Source of the DNA: a virus
Lineage: Duplodnaviria; Caudoviricetes
IMG/VR virus record: IMGVR_UViG_3300020042_005790
Coordinates: 1 to 28,586 of that record
Length of the DNA stretch: 28,586 bases
Reading direction: 5' to 3' (one strand)
The position numbers and the translations under genes are program-made. This document shows, one piece after another, positions 9,218 through 18,569 of this stretch (position 1 is the first letter of the stretch; every line of letters begins with the position of its first letter). The notes beneath the pieces were generated by a model. It made no database searches. It had not been told where the DNA came from and saw nothing but the letters and a program-made list of their open reading frames with translations.

Positions 9218-10683
9218 TGCCTGACTTCGGCTTCGTGGGCGCTTCTTACGAAGCCCCGTCAATCTACCAAGACGCGCAAGAGTGCATCAATTTTTACCCT
9301 GAAATTGACCCCACAAAGCAGCCTGGAAGCCGCGGCGTTGTTGCGTTGTACCCTACCCCTGGATTGGTTGAAGAACTGGCCTTGTGGCAAGCGGAGGTGC
9401 GTGGAATGCGGGCGTTGTCCGGCAGCCAATATTTGGTTGTTGTTGTGGGAAACCGCGTGTACAGCGTCACCACCTCTTTTGTGGCCACGCAAATCGGAAC
9501 GTTAACCACCAGCACCGGCCAGGTTGAAATGACCGATAACGTGACCACCAACAACGGTTTGACCGCTTACATTGTGGACGGCCCCAACCGCTACACCTGG
9601 GTGGCGGCCACCAACACGTTTGCCGCGCTGCCATCAACCGATGGATTGTGGCAAGGCGCCACGTCCACCGACACGGTGGATTCATACATCATTTACAACG
9701 AACCAAACACGCAAAATTGGGCGGCAACTGACCTTGGCCTTGCCGTGACCACAACGGGCAACTACGGCAGCAAAGACGGCGCCCCTGACAACCTGGTGGC
9801 TTTGATCGTTGACCACCGCCAGGTTTATTTGCTTGGCGAAGTCACCACCGAAGTTTGGGTGGACGTTGGAACCGTAATTTCCGGTTTGATTACTTTTCCG
9901 TTTCAGCGGGTAAGCGGCACGACCATGCAGCACGGCTGCGCGGCCAAATATTCCGTGGCCAGGTTTGGCGAATCGTTCATGTTTGTGAGCCGCGACACCC
10001 GCGGCCAGGCCATCATTGGCGCGGTGAATGGTTACACGTTTGTGCGAACATCCACCCACGCGGTTGAAAACAGCCTGGTTGGCGCCGACGTGTCCGACGC
10101 GTTTGCATATACCTACCAAATCGAAGGCCACGAAATGTATGTCGTGACGTTTCCTTCAATTGATTTGACATGGGTTTATGACCTGGCCACGCAACAATGG
10201 CACAAATGGCTTTCCTGGGACAACGTGGCCGGATACTACCGCCACCGGTCAAATTGCTATGCGTTTTTTGCTGGCAAAAACCTGGTGGGCGATTTTGAAA
10301 ACGGCAAGATTTACAGCCTGGACAACGCGGTTTACACCGACAACGGTTCAACGATTCGTCGTTTGCGCCGTGCGGTTCACTTAACCACAGATTTACAGCG
10401 CCAGTTTTTTGAGGAATTCCAAATCCAATTCCAACCTGGCGTGGGCCTTACAACCGGCCAAGGCGAAGACCCTCAAGCCATGTTGCGTTGGTCAAATGAC
10501 GGCGGTTCTACCTGGTCGAATGAGCATTGGATCACGATTGGCAAAATTGGCCGGTATCAAAACCGCGCCATTTGGCGACGCCTAGGCTGGTCGCGTGACC
10601 GCATTTTTGAGGTTGTAGTGTCCGATCCGGTCAAGGCCGTGATTGTTTCCGCAAACCTGAAAGCGTCGGTGGGGGATAACTAA
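9217..10683 (+). CDS. Tail hub / packaged-DNA stabilisation protein (P22 gp10-like)
   Basis: CINFYPE...LYPTPGL, TWVYDLATQQWH and PQAMLRWSNDGGSTWSNEHW..IGKIGRY.NRAIWRRLG..RDRIFEV motifs; 488 aa. Confidence 0.85.
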   Translation: MPDFGFVGASYEAPSIYQDAQECINFYPEIDPTKQPGSRGVVALYPTPGLVEELALWQAEVRGMRALSGSQYLVVVVGNRVYSVTTSFVATQIGTLTTSTGQVEMTDNVTTNNGLTAYIVDGPNRYTWVAATNTFAALPSTDGLWQGATSTDTVDSYIIYNEPNTQNWAATDLGLAVTTTGNYGSKDGAPDNLVALIVDHRQVYLLGEVTTEVWVDVGTVISGLITFPFQRVSGTTMQHGCAAKYSVARFGESFMFVSRDTRGQAIIGAVNGYTFVRTSTHAVENSLVGADVSDAFAYTYQIEGHEMYVVTFPSIDLTWVYDLATQQWHKWLSWDNVAGYYRHRSNCYAFFAGKNLVGDFENGKIYSLDNAVYTDNGSTIRRLRRAVHLTTDLQRQFFEEFQIQFQPGVGLTTGQGEDPQAMLRWSNDGGSTWSNEHWITIGKIGRYQNRAIWRRLGWSRDRIFEVVVSDPVKAVIVSANLKASVGDN

Positions 10684-10967
10684 TGGTTGCCCCCAATCCC
10701 GCGTCATCGACAAACATTCGGTTTCCGCAATCGGCATTCCTTGATCCGACGACCGGACGGCCAGCGCGTGAATGGATTATTTGGCTGCAAAGCCCTGACA
10801 TTTTGTCGGCCACCATTGCTTACATTGTGATTACGGGCGGCACAATTGCCAACGTGACGATTGACAATTGCACGATCAACGATTCAACTATTGGTCTGAC
10901 GACACCGGCCGCGGGTAAATTTACCGATTTGACAGCCTTGAATGGCATTGGCGGGGGTACGTTTTGA
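10683..10967 (+). CDS. Small tail protein (tail-needle position)
   Basis: FLDPTTGRPAREWIIWL N-terminus. Sits after the gp10-like gene, as gp26 does in P22. Ends GIGGGTF. Confidence 0.55.
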   Translation: MVAPNPASSTNIRFPQSAFLDPTTGRPAREWIIWLQSPDILSATIAYIVITGGTIANVTIDNCTINDSTIGLTTPAAGKFTDLTALNGIGGGTF

Positions 10968-11428
10968 CTGAACTTGAAATCTTTAGTGAAGCCCCGACAC
11001 GGGAACAAATTGAACGGCTGCAAGCCGAAATGGTTAAGCATCCGCAAGCCGAAGGTTTGGTGACTGAGCATTATTTTGTGCCTGGTATGTATTGCCGCCG
11101 GTTATTTCGTCCGGCTGGAACGCTGATTGTTGGCAAGGTTCACAAACAGCCCCACTTCTTTTTATGCGCCAAAGGCGAGATAATTGCCTGGACGGAAAAA
11201 GGCATGAAAAAACTTCAGGCTGGTGATGTTGTTGAATGCCAACCTGGAACCAAACGCGTGACTTTGGCGACTATGGATTCGGTTGGAATTACGTTTCATA
11301 AGACTGACGAAACGGACATTGAAAAGATTGAGGAAGAATTAGTGGAAGCCGATGAAGCGGCCATGTTTGGCCCAGGCAACAAACTAAAGCAAATCATTTG
11401 CGAAATGCAAAAATTGGAAGGGAAATAA
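10964..11428 (+). CDS. Cupin-fold protein (TTG start)
   Basis: HYFVPGMYCRRLFRPAGTLIVGKVHKQPHFFLCAKG...PGTKRV fits cupin motifs 1 and 2. TTGA overlap with the upstream stop. Confidence 0.7.
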   Translation: MTELEIFSEAPTREQIERLQAEMVKHPQAEGLVTEHYFVPGMYCRRLFRPAGTLIVGKVHKQPHFFLCAKGEIIAWTEKGMKKLQAGDVVECQPGTKRVTLATMDSVGITFHKTDETDIEKIEEELVEADEAAMFGPGNKLKQIICEMQKLEGK

Positions 11429-11429
11429 A

Positions 11430-12125
11430 ATGTCATTTATAACTGCCGCATTAGTTGTTGGTGGCGCAAGCCTTTTGGGTGGCTATATGTCTTCCGAAGC
11501 CGCCCAAAGCGGCGCACAAGCGCAAGCGGGGGCTACGGGCGAAGCCGCGCAATTGCAACGTCAAACGGCGCTTGATTCGATTGCCTTCCAAAAGGAAATG
11601 TTCCAAAAGCAATTGGAACTTGGCCAACCTTATCGTGAAACGGGTTACAAAGGGCTGACGCGGCTTCAGGAAATGTTGCCTGGTTTAACTTCGCCGGTGA
11701 CCGCCCAGGACATTCAAAATATGCCTGGGTATCAGTTTGCCGTCCAGCAAGGAACTGGCGGGGCCATGCAAGGAATGAACGTCGGCGGCGGTGGATCAAA
11801 TGTTCAACGCGCTGGCCAAAAGTTTGCCATTGATTACACAATGGGAACGGCGCTTCCGCAATTGATGCAGCAAAAACGAGACATTTACAACACTTTGTCC
11901 GGCGTGGCCAACATTGGCCAAGGCCAACCAGGCGCCGGTTCGGCCGCCGGTGCGCTTGGAACCAACGTTGCCAACACCATGATGGGCAGCGCAACCAACA
12001 TTGGCCAATTGGGCGTGGCTGGCGCCAATGCTTATGCGTCCGGTCAAATTGGTTCGGCAAATGCTTATTCAGGCGCCTTGAACAACATTGGCAACGCGGG
12101 CATGATGTACGCGCTTTTGGGATAA
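11430..12125 (+). CDS. DNA ejection/pilot protein (P22 gp7-like position)
   Basis: Hydrophobic Gly/Ala N-terminus, Q/A-rich body, QPYRETG and PGYQF motifs, Gly/Ala/Asn-rich C-terminus. Confidence 0.7.
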   Translation: MSFITAALVVGGASLLGGYMSSEAAQSGAQAQAGATGEAAQLQRQTALDSIAFQKEMFQKQLELGQPYRETGYKGLTRLQEMLPGLTSPVTAQDIQNMPGYQFAVQQGTGGAMQGMNVGGGGSNVQRAGQKFAIDYTMGTALPQLMQQKRDIYNTLSGVANIGQGQPGAGSAAGALGTNVANTMMGSATNIGQLGVAGANAYASGQIGSANAYSGALNNIGNAGMMYALLG

Positions 12126-12135
12126 GGAAAAAATC

Positions 12136-13797
12136 ATGGATTTAAACATCACACCGGTTGCAACCCAACTTAAACCACCGCAATCAATGTCGCTGGCCGA
12201 CATGATTAACGTTGGCCGCGGCGGTATTGCGCTGAAAAAAGAAAAGCAAGCCGACACCGAACGCGTTGGGCTTCAGGACTTTTTTTCCAATCCTGAAAAT
12301 TTCCAAACAGATGGCAACATCGACATGACCAAAGTCAATGCAGCGATTCCAAAAATTGCACCATTGACGGGCCGCGACGTTTTGAAAAACGTGGCCGATT
12401 TAAGCACGGCCCAAACGCAAGCCAACAAAGCCAAACAAGGTTTGACGCAAGACCAAAAAGCATTGGTCGGCCAAACGTTCAACATCCTGGGCAAAGCCGG
12501 TGTGAACAACAGGGACACATATTTGAAGGCGCTGGACGACCTGGTGGCCACAAACCCCAACAATCCCGACCTTGGACGCCTGGCTGATTCGTACAAAACA
12601 ATTTGGTCAAAAATGCCGGAAAACACCAATTTTGCACAGTTGGCAATTTCCGGCGCCCAAACATTGATGCCGGTTGCATCGCAAGAAGCGCAATTTGGCC
12701 CACAACCTGGCACATTGAACACCGGCGCCCAAATCTTGCCGACCGTCACCCGTCCTTCGGTTGCTGGCCAGGCGCCAAGCATCCAAGTTGGCCAAACGCC
12801 TTTGGCGACCAACCAACTTGGCCCAGGTGCGCGTTACGTGCCAACCGGCCGCGTGGACATGAACAACATTCCAACCGCTTTGGCTTACGGCCCAAATGGA
12901 GAATTGTTGGGCGAAGTAACCATTCCAGGTGGCGCAAATCCAGCAATGCAACCAGGCGGCGCGGCTGCCAATCAAATGCCCACCGGCGTTATGGGTGGCA
13001 GCGTACAACCGCAAAACAACATCCAAGCGCCTGGCGGCCCCGTTGTTGGCGGCCCAATGCCCCTTCCAACAGTTACGGCGCAACCCCTTCCGGCTGCCGG
13101 ACAACCGCAACCGGCGCCAGCATTGCCAGCAAACGCGCCAGCACGTATGCCCGCGGGCGAAACCGGCGTGACTTTAGAAGCCGCACAAAACCTTCGAAAT
13201 ACTGTTCGCAATGCGGCCGCGCAAGCGCCCGTCCAACAATTCAACAACAACCAAATCATTAAGTTGGCCGACGACGTTATCACCGGTCGGGGCGCAAACT
13301 TTATTGGTTCGTTGTCCGGCGGTTACGCTGGACTTCCTTTTACCAGCGACAACGCAACCAACCTAAATCAATTGGGCCATTACATGGCGATGCAAACGGC
13401 GTCATTGTCGCAATCATCCGGCTTGGGTGGCACGGATGCTGGTCGCGCAACTCTTGGTCAAATTTCAGGCACAACAGAATGGACGGCGCCAGCCATTAAG
13501 CAAACAGCCCGCGTAAACCGCGCATTGACTACCGCAACGGAACTGTTTAACCAAGGCGTTGACAATGCTTTCAACCGCACAAAGAATCCGTTTTCGACCC
13601 CAGAATTCCAACAGCGTTGGACGCAAACATTGGGTGCCGACGGTATCAATGCAATTCGTTTGTACGATGCTATGCGAAACAAAGACAAAGAAGCCATCCG
13701 CGAAGTGGTAACGCAAGCGGGCGGCCCTAATTCGCCAGGCTATCAAAACCTGGTTCGCAAAATCGGGGATATGCAAAAACTGGTTGGGGGTAAATAA
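12136..13797 (+). CDS. Second ejection protein (553 aa)
   Basis: Helical Q/A-rich ORF with a Pro/Gln linker, lying between the gp7-like gene and the large ejection gene. AAGGA RBS. Confidence 0.6.
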   Translation: MDLNITPVATQLKPPQSMSLADMINVGRGGIALKKEKQADTERVGLQDFFSNPENFQTDGNIDMTKVNAAIPKIAPLTGRDVLKNVADLSTAQTQANKAKQGLTQDQKALVGQTFNILGKAGVNNRDTYLKALDDLVATNPNNPDLGRLADSYKTIWSKMPENTNFAQLAISGAQTLMPVASQEAQFGPQPGTLNTGAQILPTVTRPSVAGQAPSIQVGQTPLATNQLGPGARYVPTGRVDMNNIPTALAYGPNGELLGEVTIPGGANPAMQPGGAAANQMPTGVMGGSVQPQNNIQAPGGPVVGGPMPLPTVTAQPLPAAGQPQPAPALPANAPARMPAGETGVTLEAAQNLRNTVRNAAAQAPVQQFNNNQIIKLADDVITGRGANFIGSLSGGYAGLPFTSDNATNLNQLGHYMAMQTASLSQSSGLGGTDAGRATLGQISGTTEWTAPAIKQTARVNRALTTATELFNQGVDNAFNRTKNPFSTPEFQQRWTQTLGADGINAIRLYDAMRNKDKEAIREVVTQAGGPNSPGYQNLVRKIGDMQKLVGGK

Positions 13798-16388
13798 TGG
13801 CCGTCGAACTGTTTGATACGTCGCAAATTGACAGCGCGGTAAGTGACGCCTTTGGCACAAAGGTTAAATCACGACCAGCGCCATCCCTTGCAACATCGGC
13901 CGCACCAGCCCCCGCACCGGCGCAAGCCAATCAAGCGTCAGTTATTTCCGATCAATTGCTGGACAGATTAAGAAAAGTTGAAAGCGGCAAAGACCCTTTT
14001 GCTGTCAACAAAGAAACCAAGGCAATGGGGCCATATCAGTTTTTGCCTGAAACTGTCCAAATGTTGCACAAACAGGGCGTGAAATTTAACCCGTTTGACG
14101 AAAACGAATCACGCGAAGCCGCCAGGACATATTTGACGCAATTGACTAAACGCCACGGCGGCAACGTCGATTTGGCTTTGAAAGATTACGGAGGGTTTGT
14201 TACCAAAGACCCAACCAATTACATTCAAAAAGTAACGGGCGGCACATCCACGGCGCCCGCGCCAGCATCGTCGTCACCATCTACGACCGAATTTTCCGGC
14301 ATTAAAGAACAAGACATTAACAGCGCGGTAAACGACGCATTTAAAAATCCTGAACCACCCAAACCAGGTATTGTTGAAAAAACAACCGGCAAGGTTGCCA
14401 GTAAGGTTGGCGAATTTTTCCGTGGCCAAGGCCGCGCAGCCGCCAGCCTGGCAGATACCGGAATTAATGCGTTGACCGGAACTTTAGACGTGCTGGCCTA
14501 TCCGGTGGCGCGGGCTTATTACGGCACACAAATGTCGCCCGAAGCCGCGGCCGAAAAAGCCAAGGCCGAAACCACCAGCCCCAAAAACGTTGTTGGCCGC
14601 GCCTTTGGTGTAACCAATACGCCGGAATACAAAGGCGAAGCCAGCCAGCAAATTATGAATTTTGTGGGCGCCAATATGGACAAGGGCGCCGATTGGATTG
14701 CCAAACAAACTGGTTTGCCAAAGGCCGACGTTGAATCGTATATGAATACGTTGTTGTTGGCGACGCCTTCAGCCATTAAAGCAGCCGGTCAAACCAAACT
14801 TGGCCAAGCCATCAAAACCGAAGCCGGTTACGCTGGCCAGGCTGTCAAGCAAGGCGTCCAGGCTGTCACGCCTGATGTTGTGCAGCGTGGTGTTGTTCGT
14901 GCGGTGGAAGCCGTTGCGCCTGGCACTACAACCGTTAAGGCGCCAAGCGCCGTACCAGGCGCCGTGCCGCCCGTTGCTGGCCAGCCTACCCAAGCCGCGC
15001 CTTACGCGCAGCCAGGTGGTGGGCGCGTTAGCGTTGGCGCAGCCGCCACGCCCGACGCCACAATCATCAAGCAAGCCCTTCAAACAGCCACGCCTGAATT
15101 CCAACAGTTGTACGGCAATATGCCGCTGGATAAGGTAAACGCGCCCGTTGTATTGCGTCACTTGGAAGGCGATTCGCTGCCCGTCCCCGTTCGTTTGACC
15201 GAAGGCCAAGCCACCGGCGATTTGGTGAAAATTTCCAAGGAACAAAACACCCGCGGAACCCCCGAAGGCCAGGCGCTTGCATACCGTTTGAACGAGCAAA
15301 ACAAAGCCCTGGTGGACAACGTGCCGCTGATTCGTGAAAAAGCCGCGCCGGACGTATATTCAACGCGCACCATTGAATCCAGCGAAGCGTTGATCGACGC
15401 ATACAAAGCGTTGGACGCCGACCGCAGCGCACAAATCACCAGCGCATACAAAAAACTGGAAGACGCCAACGGCGGCACGTTCCCCGTTGACGGTGTGCAA
15501 TTGGCCAAGAACGCCGACGCGCTGTTGTCCAAGAAACTAAAAACCAACTTTGTGCCACCCGAAATTGCGGCCGACCTTAAACGGTTCCGCGAAGGTGAGC
15601 CAATGACGTTCGAGCAATTCGAAGCGTTGCGAACCAACCTGGCTGCCGAAATCCGCAAAGCCGAACGTTCCGGCGACGGCAACCGTTCGATGGCGTCCAG
15701 CCTGGTTTATCAAGCCTTGGAAGACTTGCCATTGCAAGGCAGCGCCGCACAATTGAAACCCTTGGCTGACACCGCCCGCGGCCTGGCCAAGTCACGTTTT
15801 GACGCGCTGAAAAAAGACCCCGCATATAAAGCCGCCGTGAACGAAACCGTACCGGCCGACAAGTTTTTTGACAAGTATGTGATCCGCGGCGTCAACAAAA
15901 ACGTCAACACAATGGTGGAAACGTTGGGCCGCGATTCGATTGGCCACCAGCACATTAAAGCCGGAACCATCAATTGGTTGTCGGACAAGGCTGGCATTGT
16001 GGACGGCAAAGGAAACTTCAGCCAGGCCAATTACAACAAGGCTTTGAAATCGCTGGACGACGTGCGGAATTACCAGGAAATTTTTGATCCTGAAACCCAA
16101 TTGCAATTGAAGACTTTGGGCAACGTGGCAAACTATACGCAATTCCAGCCCCGTGGTTCCTATGTGAACAATTCCAACACCCTGGTGGGCTACCTGGCCA
16201 ACAAGGCTGCCGGTGGCGCCGAAGCGTTGGGCAACGTGGCTGGTTTGAAATTCGTTGGCGGCTATCCAGTTGGAACAGAAGCCCGAAAGTTTATTCGGTC
16301 GCGCAAGGAAAAAGCCGCCGTGGAAAAATCATTGGAACCAGGCGCTGGATCAACCCTGGAAGACGTTAAAAACAAGGGCAAGAAATGA
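13797..16388 (+). CDS. Large ejection protein with N-terminal lytic transglycosylase (SLT) domain
   Basis: LRKVESG (catalytic Glu), AMGPYQFLPET and AARTYL...GNVDLALKDYG match the three SLT motifs; 863 aa. Confidence 0.8.
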   Translation: MAVELFDTSQIDSAVSDAFGTKVKSRPAPSLATSAAPAPAPAQANQASVISDQLLDRLRKVESGKDPFAVNKETKAMGPYQFLPETVQMLHKQGVKFNPFDENESREAARTYLTQLTKRHGGNVDLALKDYGGFVTKDPTNYIQKVTGGTSTAPAPASSSPSTTEFSGIKEQDINSAVNDAFKNPEPPKPGIVEKTTGKVASKVGEFFRGQGRAAASLADTGINALTGTLDVLAYPVARAYYGTQMSPEAAAEKAKAETTSPKNVVGRAFGVTNTPEYKGEASQQIMNFVGANMDKGADWIAKQTGLPKADVESYMNTLLLATPSAIKAAGQTKLGQAIKTEAGYAGQAVKQGVQAVTPDVVQRGVVRAVEAVAPGTTTVKAPSAVPGAVPPVAGQPTQAAPYAQPGGGRVSVGAAATPDATIIKQALQTATPEFQQLYGNMPLDKVNAPVVLRHLEGDSLPVPVRLTEGQATGDLVKISKEQNTRGTPEGQALAYRLNEQNKALVDNVPLIREKAAPDVYSTRTIESSEALIDAYKALDADRSAQITSAYKKLEDANGGTFPVDGVQLAKNADALLSKKLKTNFVPPEIAADLKRFREGEPMTFEQFEALRTNLAAEIRKAERSGDGNRSMASSLVYQALEDLPLQGSAAQLKPLADTARGLAKSRFDALKKDPAYKAAVNETVPADKFFDKYVIRGVNKNVNTMVETLGRDSIGHQHIKAGTINWLSDKAGIVDGKGNFSQANYNKALKSLDDVRNYQEIFDPETQLQLKTLGNVANYTQFQPRGSYVNNSNTLVGYLANKAAGGAEALGNVAGLKFVGGYPVGTEARKFIRSRKEKAAVEKSLEPGAGSTLEDVKNKGKK

Positions 16389-16621
16389 TGGCGCAACCCG
16401 AAATTGATCCCGTAAAATACGGCGTCCTTTGGCAAAAGGTTCAGGACTACGAACGCCGGTTTGACGATATGGACAAGAAAATGGACAAGATGGAAGGCCA
16501 GTTGGAAAAACTGGTCGCCCTGGCCAATCAAGGCCGTGGCGGTTTTTGGATGGGCATGGCCTTGGTGTCGTTTGTGTCCAGCGCCGTGGGGTTTGCGATC
16601 AGTTGGATAAAGGGCCATTAA
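16385..16621 (+). CDS. Small coiled-coil protein with C-terminal TM helix (lysis-cassette membrane protein)
   Basis: Heptad FDDMDKKMDKMEGQLEKL followed by the hydrophobic FWMGMALVSFVSSAVGFAISWI. ATGA overlap. Confidence 0.6.
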   Translation: MMAQPEIDPVKYGVLWQKVQDYERRFDDMDKKMDKMEGQLEKLVALANQGRGGFWMGMALVSFVSSAVGFAISWIKGH

Positions 16622-16622
16622 A

Positions 16623-16976
16623 ATGAGTGAGGAAAAAATCCAAGCAATGGAAAGCAAAGGGCAATTGATTGAAAAAATTACGTTTGCTTTGCTGCCTTTG
16701 CTGTTTTCGTGCGTGGTTTACCTTATGTCGGCGCTGTCAAACTTGGCGCACGAAGTCACCATCTTGAACAGCAAAATCAGCCTGGTTGTGACCAGCGACA
16801 ACAAGCAAGCAAGCAACACCGGCGCCGAACTTGCCCGCGAAAAATTACGTCAAGATTTAGAAAAGGAAATCCAACGAAACCGTGACCAAATCGCGGAAAA
16901 CCGGATGCACATTGCCATTTTGGAAGAAAAAACCCACGTTGCAAAACCAATCAAAACCCTGACCGGAAAGGACTGA
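16623..16976 (+). CDS. Membrane protein with N-terminal TM and coiled coil
   Basis: ITFALLPLLFSCVVYLMSAL TM segment followed by a charged coiled coil. Lies upstream of the holin. Confidence 0.6.
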   Translation: MSEEKIQAMESKGQLIEKITFALLPLLFSCVVYLMSALSNLAHEVTILNSKISLVVTSDNKQASNTGAELAREKLRQDLEKEIQRNRDQIAENRMHIAILEEKTHVAKPIKTLTGKD

Positions 16977-16977
16977 T

Positions 16978-17388
16978 ATGTTTGGACTTGACGCATTGCT
17001 GAACGTCGGCGGTAAGTTGATCGACAAATTGATTCCCGATCCCGAAGCCAAAGCCAAAGCCCAATTGGACTTGGCCAAGATGGCCCAGGATGGCGAACTG
17101 GCCAAGATGGCCAACGAAACCAAATTGTTTGAAGTGGAAATGAACAACGTGTCGGATCGCTGGAAAGCCGACATGGGTTCCGATTCCTGGCTGTCAAAGA
17201 ACATTCGGCCGATGGCATTGATTGCCATTTTTGTGGCTTACTTTGTGTTCACAATGATGAGTGCATTTGGCTACAACGCCCAGGAATCCTATGTGCAGTT
17301 GTTGGGCCAATGGGGCCAAATCATTTTCCTGGCTTACTTTGGTGGCCGCACGGTTGAAAAACTTGCTGACATGAGGGCTAAAAAATGA
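16978..17388 (+). CDS. Holin, 3-TM (GTA-holin-like) family
   Basis: GGKLIDKLIPDPEAKAKAQL...DSWLSKNIRP...LAYFGGRTVEK signature; adjacent to the endolysin. Confidence 0.8.
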   Translation: MFGLDALLNVGGKLIDKLIPDPEAKAKAQLDLAKMAQDGELAKMANETKLFEVEMNNVSDRWKADMGSDSWLSKNIRPMALIAIFVAYFVFTMMSAFGYNAQESYVQLLGQWGQIIFLAYFGGRTVEKLADMRAKK

Positions 17389-17822
17389 ACCTGACGCCGC
17401 ATTTCACCCTGGAAGAATTGACCGCATCCGAAACAGCCGAACGCAACGGATGGGACAACAGCCCCAACGACGCGGAATTGGCCAACCTGACGCGCCTGGC
17501 TGATTTTCTTGAGCAAGTCAAAGTGGTGTTGGATGGCAAGCCCATAATGATTTCATCGGGTCTACGCACAAAAAAGGTCAATGACGCGGTGGGCAGCAAA
17601 GACAGCAGCCAGCACCGCACCGGCTGCGCTTGCGATTTCCGTGTGCCAGGCATGACGCCCGACGAAGTAGTGCGGAAAATCATGGCCAGCGGAATTGCAT
17701 TTGACCAGGTGATCCGTGAATTTGATCGCTGGACACATATCAGCATTCCAAACACCGACGACACCAGCCCGCGCAAACAAGCCCTGATTATTGACAAGGC
17801 CGGAACGCGTCCGTTTGCTTAA
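17385..17822 (+). CDS. Endolysin, peptidase M15A family (Zn peptidase)
   Basis: LTPHFTLEEL, ISSGLR, SQHRTGCACD (SxHxxGxAxD) and WTHIS zinc-ligand motifs. Confidence 0.9.
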   Translation: MNLTPHFTLEELTASETAERNGWDNSPNDAELANLTRLADFLEQVKVVLDGKPIMISSGLRTKKVNDAVGSKDSSQHRTGCACDFRVPGMTPDEVVRKIMASGIAFDQVIREFDRWTHISIPNTDDTSPRKQALIIDKAGTRPFA

Positions 17823-18040
17823 CGTTTCATTTGCCGGACAAACACCGCAAACGATGCCGCGGTATCGCCAAAGGCCGTCATTTTGTCAAATTCCGCAGCC
17901 ACTTCATCCAGGACGTGATTGCGAAGCGCCAATTCTTTGCATTTGCCTGGCGCGGTGCAGCCGGTGGTGTAGCAAAGTGGACACACCCACGGTTCGGGCA
18001 AAGCCGCCCCTGATTGCAATTGCTGTTGCATGGTGGGCAT
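17819..18040 (-). CDS. Hypothetical protein with CxxC (73 aa)
   Basis: AAGGA directly upstream of the start (spacing short). CPLC..C..C followed by a helical tail RNHVLDEVAAEFDKM. Last gene of the leftward operon. Confidence 0.5.
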   Translation of the reverse strand: MPTMQQQLQSGAALPEPWVCPLCYTTGCTAPGKCKELALRNHVLDEVAAEFDKMTAFGDTAASFAVFVRQMKR

Positions 18041-18043
18041 TCC

Positions 18044-18559
18044 TTAAAGTTTGATTGCATTCAGATTGAAATTGTCGGCCATCACTTCGTCGTAATTGAA
18101 ATGGCGGCCAAAGCAATCCCTAAACGAAACGCATTCGTCCGACCAACCTTCGACAACATTTTTGTAAATGTATGCCTTTTTTGGAACGGTAATGCTTCCA
18201 ACGACAAAATGCAAGCCCTTGGCCGTCAGGCGCCAAAGCCCGTCGGATTTTTTGGTTTTGTCTTCCCTGGTTCCGGCTGATTCCACCAGCCCCCAATGTT
18301 GGGTTGTGGTGTAGGTTTTGCCGCGCAGCATCCAGCGCGGGGCCGTGCGGGGAATATCTATCCATCCATCTTCATCACAAGTGGCCCTGGAAAGCCACAA
18401 AAGCCCCAGGGCGCGGGTTTCGTTCATGCCCTGGGGGCTTACCTTGCCCCACTTCCCGCAACAAGGGCAATTGCCCCCGTCGCCTTCAATGGTGGCCCGC
18501 CAGTTGGTTTTTAATTGCGAAAGGTATTGGCCTTCGTCGCCAAAAAAATCCAATTGCAT
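18044..18559 (-). CDS. Hypothetical protein with CPCCG Zn ribbon and possible winged-helix C-terminus
   Basis: Start re-called at 18559 (AAGGGG RBS; MQLDFF...). HWGLVE...GLWRLTAKG looks like a wHTH wing. Confidence 0.6.
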   Translation of the reverse strand: MQLDFFGDEGQYLSQLKTNWRATIEGDGGNCPCCGKWGKVSPQGMNETRALGLLWLSRATCDEDGWIDIPRTAPRWMLRGKTYTTTQHWGLVESAGTREDKTKKSDGLWRLTAKGLHFVVGSITVPKKAYIYKNVVEGWSDECVSFRDCFGRHFNYDEVMADNFNLNAIKL

Positions 18560-18569
18560 GGCCAGCCCC

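Noticed and set aside
12273-16142. Many antisense and alternate-frame ORFs over the ejection genes
   Set aside because: Expected where stop codons are scarce on the opposite strand; no motifs or RBS.
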